Below, piece by piece: positions 29,201 to 35,258 of a stretch of 35,258 bases of DNA. Source of the DNA: Planctomycetota bacterium (GTDB taxonomy: Bacteria; Planctomycetota; GCA-002687715; DRQF01); contig JALTLO010000058.1 of the NCBI GenBank assembly GCA_027001995.1, positions 30,202 to 65,459 on the forward strand, read 5' to 3'. Each line of letters opens with the position of its first letter. Positions within the stretch are counted from its first letter, which is position 1. Below the pieces are notes generated by a model that searched no databases, was not told the DNA's origin, and saw only the letters and a program-made list of their open reading frames with translations. Made by a program: the position numbers and the translations under genes.

Positions 29201-29308
29201 TATGGGAAGATCCATAACTGCCCGAGCTCCAATGCCCACGAAGGCAAGGGAGATGATGATCACAATGAGGCGATGCTCAAGGGACCAACCAATGATTGAA
29301 TTCAGCAT
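26219..29308 (-). CDS. czcA: CusA/CzcA family heavy-metal efflux RND transporter
   Basis: LPIDAFPDTTPVQVQINT, GAIDFGLVVDSSVIMVEN, EGKLFRPMA, RLRPVLMTALVAALGFVPMA. Confidence 0.95.
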   Translation of the reverse strand: MLNSIIGWSLEHRLIVIIISLAFVGIGARAVMDLPIDAFPDTTPVQVQINTVAPALSPLEIEQQITFPVEQAISGLPGLTMVRSISKFGLSQVTVLFEDGTGIYFARQLIMERLQSVELPEGISRPEMGPVATGLGEIYHYLVTGEGKTLEELTTIHDWLVKPRLRSVPGVAEVNTWGGKKKQYHVLVDLNRLAKHGLVLDDVLEALRKNNMNVGGGNISQGGELSLVRGISLTTDLTQIGNIVIKSVGTVPIKINDIAKVEIGHEIRRGAVTANGQGEVVLGLAFMLMGENSNEVSQRLSERMEQIQNSLPDGVIIKPVYERKELVDQVINTVKKNLLEGALLVIAVLFIFLGDLRAGLIVASAIPLSMIFAFSGMLRFGIAGSLMSLGAIDFGLVVDSSVIMVENSVKRLAEAGGKLSRRQVVLDASIEVRKPTMFGELIIMIVYLPILTLEGIEGKLFRPMALTVIFALSGSLIMSLTLMPVLSSFFLPRIPKDKDNFIIRFSKAIYRPLVRQAMKIRYLTVGIAIALLAFGIFLGANTGSEFVPHLSEMSLVANTVRLSGVSLDESVRYGGQMEKVLLEEFPDEVRDIWSRTGTPEVATDPMGLQLTDVFITLRPREKWKRATTQDELTTLMREELSDFPGTKIVFTQPIEMRVNEMVAGIRSDLGIKIVGDDLDVLKDKANEVAAILEEVEGSSDVYVEQITGEPILEILIDQDAIARFGIPAQEVLEVIEAIGVKKVGEIREGQRRFALAVRVDESFRENPTAVRNILVPTANGGRIPLERLAKIRQVDGPSTISREWQRRRIIVQCNIEERDIGSFVAEVKERVAQNLELPPDYHIEYGGQFEHLESAQGRLMFVVPLALFLILFLLYISTNSIRDALIIFTGAPFASLGGIIALWTRDMPFTISAAVGFVAVSGVAMLNGLVMVSMIHQLQGRGVKLRDAIEESALSRLRPVLMTALVAALGFVPMALNTGVGAEVQSPLATVVVGGVISDNILTLLVLPALYLIFGPKTADPAATVEVTP

Positions 29309-29320
29309 GGGAGAGGAGTC

Positions 29321-31342
29321 CTATTTCCCGTCGACGCAGCCGCAGCCTGCCCCGATGTTTCCTTTGAGAATCTCTGTCTTCAATAAGAAGCTGCCAGTGG
29401 TAACGACGGATTCGCCGCCATCGAGGCCCTCTTCCACCACGTAGATGTCGTCGGCTTCTAAGCCGAGTTGAACCTTCCGGGTTTCGTAAAGAGTGTCTGT
29501 GAAGCGAATAAACACCACGTTGCAGCAACCTTCCCATTGAACTGCTTCCTTAGGAACCATGACGACTGGTTCAGAAGCGTCATGTACCACGATGGTTGCT
29601 TGGCCAAACATCTCAGCGCGTAAATAGCCTGAAGAGTTGTCGAGCAAGGCACGAACTTTGGTCGTCTTTGTCGTGCTGTCGACTTGTGAACTAACCCAAT
29701 CCACGACCCCCGCAAATCTCTCGCCGCGGAGGCCATCAATGGTCATAAAAATGTCCTGCCCGTCTCGAACTCGCCTTAAGTCTTTGGTCTTCACATCGAT
29801 CAGGGCCCATAACTGTGAGGTGTCCGCGATTCCAAACAGCGCCTTGGACGTATCCACCACTTCACCCGCGACAGCATTGAGTTCGACAATCTTTCCGTTG
29901 AAAGGCGCCTGAAGGGCCAAGAGCGTTGAGGTGTCTCCTTCGTTTGCTACCGATTCGATCTGAGATGTTGTTAATCCCAAGGTCAGAAGTCGCCTTCTTG
30001 ACGCTTGCAACGAAGCTTCGGCATTGCGAAGTTCGATTCGTGCCGCAAACACAGCTTGTGCCGACGTTGAACCAATTCCTTTGATCTTGTCAACGGACTG
30101 CCAAGAGAGTGCCTTAATCACTTCGTCATCAAGGCCGAACAAATGCAACTTCTTTTCCGATGCCATGGTCTTTGCCCGCGCCATCGTCAATTCAGCGCGG
30201 GCGTCCATCAAGGATTTCTCCGAGCCAGACTGCCGCTTCATTAGACGATCTTCGCGGGCGGCATTCTGAATGCTTACTTGGAGCAATTCCCGAGCCTTGA
30301 TTAAGTCTATTCCCGCAAGCCGAATTTCCATCTCATTAAGCCGGTCGTAATAAGATTGGGCTTGTTCGAGATTTTCCTTCCCTGTTTTCACGGTCGCGAT
30401 GAATTTGAGGTATTCAGTTTTCGCAATCCCCAAATCAACGGAATCTAAGATTGCCAAGGTATCGCCCGTCTTGACGGGATCCCCCAGGTCTTTTTTCACT
30501 TGGTGAACAATCGCTGGCACACGGGATGCCACACGAGCATAGAGATTGCGGGCGAATTCAACTTCGGCGTTGCAAGTAATGACATCGCGAATGGGGCGTT
30601 TTTCGATCGTTACATACTCAATTCCAGCTCGTTTCGCAGTTTTGTAAGAGCTCAATTTCACCGCAACGTCATTGTTCTTGCATGTGGGATTGGGTTTGCG
30701 CTTGATTCGCGGAACACCCGAGTCCGCCGACTGGTCAGCTAACTGTCTCTTGAACTCCGGATTACAAGTGCCACATTGAGACTCGGGGACATCGTGCTCA
30801 TTGCACCAGTCTCCCACAGATTTGAAGGCGGCCACCAATGCAGGATGGCACTTGTAACAGAGTGCTTCGGCGACTCCGTGTTCAGTACACGTCCCCCTTT
30901 CCTGGATGATGCTTGGACTACAGTAAGGACAATCTGCTTCCGCGATTTGATGTTCACTGCAGAAATCAGCTTCTGTTGTATCCGAACTGGACACATCTGG
31001 GCTGTTTCCTCACAAAGGGCATTGAGACTCGGGAACATCATGCCCCTTGCACCAATCGTCTGTGGCCTTGAAACCAGGGATCAAACCGGGATTGCATTGA
31101 TAGCAGAGTGCTTCTGGAACTCCGTGTTCTTGACACACTCCTTTAGCTTCAATCAACTTGGGATCACAAAAAGGGCAAAGGGCTGGGTCGACTCCATGCT
31201 CAGCACAAAGGGTAGAATCCTGCGTGGTTGTTTCCCCACCGGCGGAACGAAAATATGTGGAGTAAATAAAGAAGGATCCTGTACCCACAAGAATGACGGC
31301 CGTTATTGACAGAATGAGTTTCTTGTTCACAATTGATTCCAT
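29321..31342 (-). CDS. CzcB-like RND periplasmic adaptor with an N-terminal TM anchor and six Cys/His metal-binding repeats, containing one in-frame UGA (putative Sec, 673 aa)
   Basis: ORFs 31010..31369 and 29321..30994 share a frame and are joined by TGA(31010-31012)-GGA-AAC-AGC-CCA-GAT. Start at MESIV (AGGAG RBS). MFP motifs GDPVKTGDTLA, APFNGKIVE, LRAEMFG, VPKEAV, GESVVTTGSFLL. Confidence 0.85.
30760..31210 (-). repeat. Tandem duplication of a three-repeat Cys/His module (six CxxH-x6-CxxC units)
   Basis: CAEHGVDPALCPFC / CQEHGVPEALCYQC / CKGHDVPESQCPL(U), then CSEHQIAEADCPYC / CTEHGVAEALCYKC / CNEHDVPESQCGTC. DNA similarity is visible, for example CATTGAGACTCGGG near 31020 and 30773. Confidence 0.9.
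30962..31008 (-). promoter_or_regulatory. Candidate bacterial SECIS element of the efflux adaptor
   Basis: mRNA UGA-G-GAAA-CAGC-ccaga-UGUGUCC-AGUUC-GGAUACA-acagaa-GCUG-a-UUUC: a lower stem of 4+4 bp, an internal loop and a 7-bp upper stem (one G-U). The apical loop is 21 nt after the UGA with G at loop position 2. Confidence 0.7.
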
Positions 31343-31352
31343 TTGCCTGCTC

Positions 31353-32711
31353 CTAATTCTCACGTCCAATGAGGCTTAAAATCTTGGCAGCGGCCATGCA
31401 CCAGTCTCGCCGACCATCAAGGATTGCTAAACGCGCCTCATTCAACGTGCGTTGAGCATCAAGTATTTCAATGAAGGATTGTCGCCCTGCTTGGTAGCCA
31501 TCCCGCGTCTGAGAAAGAGAGCGTGTTGCGGCAGGAAGTATTTTCTTAGTTAAGCTTCCGACCTGATCAGCGGCGGCTGTGTACGATGCATAATAGCGGG
31601 CAAGCTTGGCCCGCAAATCAGCCTTGACGGCAATGGCACCCTGGCGAGCGATCGTTAAGCGGTGTTTTGCGGCCATGATCTTGCCTTGATTGCGATTGTA
31701 AAGCGGAAGGGGAAATTTCAATCCTGCTTCGACGAAGCTGTCATTGGTCTCTCGGTCTTGACCGTAGGCCAGTCGAAGCCGGACATCGGGGATGCGTTCG
31801 GCTTTAGCGCGATCAACCTCATGGGAGGCGATCTCGATGGATCGTTGAGCGGCGAGAATGAGAGGATGATTCTCGTGAATGGCTTGCCAAAGCGTCTCAA
31901 ATTCAATTTCCGGTTGGCTTGTGGGCAAGGTTCCAACAACTTGGCTCGCCGTGATCTTGACACCAACCAGCGATTCAAGCCGAGATAGCGCAGCTTGGCC
32001 CTCATGATTTCGTCTTCGCCTAGATATCTTAAGACGCTCTGTTTCGACCTGCGCTTTGAGTTTTTCTGTCTCTGGTGCCGCACGTTCTTGAAACCGATTT
32101 GTTGCGACTTTCAATGTTTGGCTCGCGAGAGTCAACAAATCGTCGAGCAGGTTCTTTGATTCGGCCAAGTATTGGATTTCGTATATGCGCTCTTGAATCT
32201 GGCCGAACACGCGTCGTCGGACTGCATCAAGACGTTTGATATCCCTAAGTCTGGATGCAGAGGCCGCAGCGATGGCCGCTTGCCTGCGACCTCCTATGAT
32301 GAGGGGCTGAAAAATGGCGATTGATCTTTCGCTATTTCTCAAAGAAAAGCCTGAAATAGGAATTGTCGCCGCTTGGATTGCGACTTGCGGATTGGGGAGC
32401 AATTCTGTCTGCCAAAGTTCGCCTACGGCCACGCCAATTTGTTCCCGGGCCGCCACAATCTTCGGATTGAGCCGGTCTGCCAATTGAAAGAACTCGCGGG
32501 CATGAAGGGTTTTCTTGGCACCAATCTCGAGAATCTCTTCGTCTAAGAGATTCGGCCTAACGGATGTCTGCACCGGAAGTGACGAGTCGTCGAATCGCTG
32601 GGCATAATCTGGCCGTCGGAAGCCAGTGGCTACGCACCCCGAGGTTGTCGCGAGGGTCGTTAAGCACAGCAACATGACCCCGATGCCGCACCCATGTCCC
32701 CTTCGAGTCAT
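31353..32711 (-). CDS. czcC: TolC/CzcC family outer-membrane efflux lipoprotein
   Basis: Signal ending TSG-C, LPNPQV, PLPLYNRNQG, YQAGRQSFIEILDAQRTL. Confidence 0.92.
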   Translation of the reverse strand: MTRRGHGCGIGVMLLCLTTLATTSGCVATGFRRPDYAQRFDDSSLPVQTSVRPNLLDEEILEIGAKKTLHAREFFQLADRLNPKIVAAREQIGVAVGELWQTELLPNPQVAIQAATIPISGFSLRNSERSIAIFQPLIIGGRRQAAIAAASASRLRDIKRLDAVRRRVFGQIQERIYEIQYLAESKNLLDDLLTLASQTLKVATNRFQERAAPETEKLKAQVETERLKISRRRRNHEGQAALSRLESLVGVKITASQVVGTLPTSQPEIEFETLWQAIHENHPLILAAQRSIEIASHEVDRAKAERIPDVRLRLAYGQDRETNDSFVEAGLKFPLPLYNRNQGKIMAAKHRLTIARQGAIAVKADLRAKLARYYASYTAAADQVGSLTKKILPAATRSLSQTRDGYQAGRQSFIEILDAQRTLNEARLAILDGRRDWCMAAAKILSLIGREN

Positions 32712-33118
32712 TGCTTGACTCCTTGGGCGTCAGCCTCAGTCTGGGGCACCATTGATTCGAATCCCAGATGCCCGGCAACGGTGCCAATCAAATGACGCCA
32801 AAACAGATCTGCGAGTCGATAGTAGACCAATTTCCCTTCAGTCCGAAAGGTGATGGCACCCGCTTGACGCAACTCTTTGAGTTGCTGGGAGGTGCCGGAC
32901 ATTGATTGGCCCAGGATCTGTGACAGATCACAAACACATAACTCGGTTTTTTCCAGGGCGAGAAGTACCTTGAGTCGACTTGGATGCGCCAAGACTTTCA
33001 CGGCTTGAGCTATGGCCCGCAGCTGTTCTTCAGGGGGAATCTGCGCCTGTGCTGCTGCAACTCGATTGGGGTCGACAAAGTCGATCTCGCACATGCCGTC
33101 TTCTGTCTTCCGCTCCAT
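32708..33118 (-). CDS. ArsR/SmtB (CadC-like) metal-sensing repressor
   Basis: LAHPSRLKVL, ELCVCDL metal box, SQQLKELR, EGKLVYYRL and an N-terminal Cys (MCEI). Start at MERK (GGAG RBS), ATGA overlap with the TolC gene. Confidence 0.93.
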   Translation of the reverse strand: MERKTEDGMCEIDFVDPNRVAAAQAQIPPEEQLRAIAQAVKVLAHPSRLKVLLALEKTELCVCDLSQILGQSMSGTSQQLKELRQAGAITFRTEGKLVYYRLADLFWRHLIGTVAGHLGFESMVPQTEADAQGVKQ

Positions 33119-33133
33119 CGCTATCTCCAACTA

Positions 33134-33155
33134 CATTTCATGAATCATGGAAATG
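33134..33155. promoter_or_regulatory. Putative ArsR/SmtB operator
   Basis: Imperfect palindrome CATTTC-ATGAATCATG-GAAATG immediately upstream of the regulator's RBS. Confidence 0.6.
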
Positions 33156-33695
33156 ACTTCCGAAGACTAACGAACAGAAACGAAGTTCCTATTCCATTTC
33201 TCCGAATTTGGAAAAGAATTGGTATCGGCAGTAAAGTTCGGTCATAGTCACGGGAGGAATGTGATAATCATAAACACATGCATAGAATCATCTTATGGCG
33301 CTTTTGGATTCGCTGGGGAGGGGGCAACTTGTGAGCCCGGTCATTGGGCAGTGAAGGAATTAACTGCTCGCTGTTTTTTGATCAAGACTCTCTTTCTTCG
33401 GAGTGTACTTGCGCTGTGACTTGACAGCATTCTCCCGGCGAAAAGTTGGCAACGTTTGCTCAGACCGATCAAGACCAAAAGAGTAAGGGGTCAGGAGCTT
33501 ACTTCGTTTCATGGCGTCGCATCTATATCTACATCGTCAAAATGATCTTCTTTTCTGTCTTGTTGTTTGTCTGATGGGGTCAACGACTTGCATCTTGGAA
33601 GGGCCAAAGTCACTGTCGGCAAGATGAAACCCCTGAGGATTTCCACAGCCATCGCTGATCTCTTGGCCAGAGTCATCTTGCTTATGACGAAATCA

Positions 33696-34172
33696 TCACG
33701 GTTTGCCAAAATGATCAAAAGGATTGCCTTCCACTAACGAATAGAGAACCTCTCCGTCGGCACCGGAGATGACGGAGGCGCCGCAGGAATCCGTGCCGAG
33801 ATTATTGTCAGTGTCCGCCCCAACGATCACATCGTCGAACCCATCGCCGTTTGCATCACCTGCGCCGCTAACGGAGTGGCCTAATTCACCACCTGCGGTA
33901 ATGCCGAAGAACGAAAACAGCACGCTATTGTCGAGCCCCGAATGGATCCGAGCACTCCCAGAGTCGGGGCCATATGTGTCAGTTCCAAACGGGCCAATAA
34001 TGACATCGCCATATTCATCTCCGTTCATATCGCCGGCATCGCTGACAGAAAATCCGAAGAAGTCGCCAGCAGAGTTACCATGAAAAATATAAAGGATCGA
34101 TTGGTCTTCACCCGAGTATATCGTGGCGCTTCCCGCTTCGACCCCTTTCCCATCCGCTTCGAATGCCCCAAC
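33696..34172 (-). pseudogene. FG-GAP (integrin-alpha-like) repeat protein fragment
   Basis: The frame is open upstream of the called ATG: VGAFEADGKGVEAGSATIYSG...GDFFGFSVSDAGDMNGDEYGDVIIG...GHSVSGAGDANGDGFDDVIVGA. No signal peptide, and it stops abruptly at DHFGKP*. Confidence 0.8.
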
Positions 34173-34700
34173 ACTGTGGTGTCCAATGGAGCTACAGGGA
34201 ATCTAGACGGGGAATTGCTGGGCTTCATTTGACGCTCGACATGTCTCTGAAATCCATTACGATTACTACCAAACCAAAGACTTAGAAGAATGGAGAGAAG
34301 GTGTTATCTCCTGGAATGAGGCCTTGAGGCGGAATCATGGAAAGAAGAGAATTGTTCCGCAGGGCGATGATTGTCGTGTATCTCAGTGTCTTGTTTGGGT
34401 GCATTGGGGTGTCGCTTACGGCGCAACGTCCAGAGCTGCTTTGACTTCGTTTTAATGAGGGGGCTGGGGTTCGACGACTGACCTCGCAATCCCCGGAATG
34501 ATTCCACAGTATCACCTTGGATTATCGGTCAGGGCAATGGAGTGTTTGATCGCATGATTCTTGGGGCAACAAATCGTGCGCCGATTCTGGCGAATCGAGT
34601 TGGCGTCAGCTCGACCTGGCAACATCTTGCGATCACCGCGAACGATCCCAGATTTTGTGGGCTGATGAAGAACAGAATGCACTCCGGCCTAGCAAATCTG

Positions 34701-35258
34701 GGCTCTTCACGGATTTTAGTGGCTCTGCCCTTCAGGGATCAAGTCCAGGCCGCCGCAGAAGAACAGGATTCTCGCCCGATAGTTGGCAAAGTTTCGAAAG
34801 CCACGAGCTGATGATTCCAGTGATTGGATCCGGCTGTTAAAGCCTTCGGCAGGACCGGTTGTGATTCTGTGTTTGAAGTAGGTGAGGATGTTCTCCAAAC
34901 GCTTGTGAATCATCTTCGCCTTCTTGCGCACTGGTGCGAGCTGGCAGCGAGACGCCCAGGAGTACCATCGCTTGAAGAATTTTCTCGCCCACGCAGCATG
35001 AGCATAGGTCCAGAAGAAGTTGAACTGTTCACGTATTGCCCAAGCTCTAGCTGTCTTGAGGTGCAGGTCTTTCAAGCCTTCGAAGTCTATCCACTTGCTG
35101 TCACTGAGATTCTCTGGATTGCTTAGCCACAAGTACTTTGTGCCTTTGAGCGTATCGTCACCCTGTGCCTTCAAGGCTTTGTGTTCTCCACGCCTAACTT
35201 GATCCACCGCATCGTTCAGATGCTTCATGATGTGGAAGCGATCATGAACGATGTCGGC
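34701..35258 (-). mobile_element. ISL3-family insertion sequence, right end (rest outside the window)
   Basis: Terminal GGCTCTTCACGGATTT at 34701 fits the GG(C/G)TCT ISL3 IR start and abuts the transposase stop. Confidence 0.8.
34716..35258 (-). CDS. ISL3-family transposase, C-terminal part (5' end outside the window)
   Basis: ADIVHDRFHIMKHLNDAVDQVRR, TARAWAIRE, TTGPAEGFNSRIQ, ARGFRNFANYRARILF. The frame is open to the window end. Confidence 0.95.
   Translation of the reverse strand, partial: ADIVHDRFHIMKHLNDAVDQVRRGEHKALKAQGDDTLKGTKYLWLSNPENLSDSKWIDFEGLKDLHLKTARAWAIREQFNFFWTYAHAAWARKFFKRWYSWASRCQLAPVRKKAKMIHKRLENILTYFKHRITTGPAEGFNSRIQSLESSARGFRNFANYRARILFFCGGLDLIPEGQSH

Noticed and set aside
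29321..30994. Treating the 557-aa adaptor and the 119-aa protein as two independent genes
   Set aside because: They share a frame, the stop falls inside a CxxC motif, and the downstream ORF has no membrane anchor. Kept only as the fallback if Sec decoding is absent.
4601..33247. The many 60-185 aa ORFs nested in or antisense to long genes
   Set aside because: They overlap well-supported CDSs and lack family motifs, consistent with shadow ORFs.
34230..34700. Short ORFs and small inverted repeats next to the ISL3 end
   Set aside because: No recognisable motifs or RBS support, so no feature can be assigned.
1..35258. Genome-wide UGA reassignment (genetic code 4 or 25) as the explanation for the two in-frame TGAs
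   Set aside because: Many genes end in TGA at their natural C-termini with ATGA/GTGA overlaps (11360, 13093, 24293, 32708), and long genes contain no internal TGA. Both exceptions sit at Cys positions.

Overview
Bacterial DNA of roughly 50-55% GC by eye. The style of the secreted proteins suggests a Planctomycetota-like organism (inference only). The left third (1-13.8 kb) is mostly housekeeping: an ABC ATPase fragment, a LamG/MAM-type secreted protein, a 3-hydroxyacyl-CoA dehydrogenase/enoyl-CoA hydratase fusion, a TlpA-like thioredoxin, an M3-like peptidase lacking its HExxH motif, transaldolase, and an ABC exporter + TauE operon. The right two thirds look accessory: secreted beta-helix proteins between two remnants of a broken AAA/DUF4143 gene, an IS1380 remnant, a six-gene coupled lipid/aromatic biosynthesis-export cluster (lipoprotein, MMPL, reductase-SCP2, EhpF/PaaK-like ligase, alpha/beta hydrolase, MqnD-like), an ArsR-controlled CzcCBA-type efflux operon, an FG-GAP remnant and an ISL3 end. 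The main result is that two pairs of ORFs split by the ORF caller are each one reading frame interrupted by a single in-frame TGA at a conserved Cys position, and each TGA is followed by a SECIS-like hairpin. One is a thioredoxin with W-U-G-P-C. The other, more surprising, is the RND efflux adaptor, where TGA replaces the last Cys of a CxxH-x6-CxxC metal-binding repeat (C-P-L-U). This makes it a candidate selenoprotein heavy-metal efflux pump.
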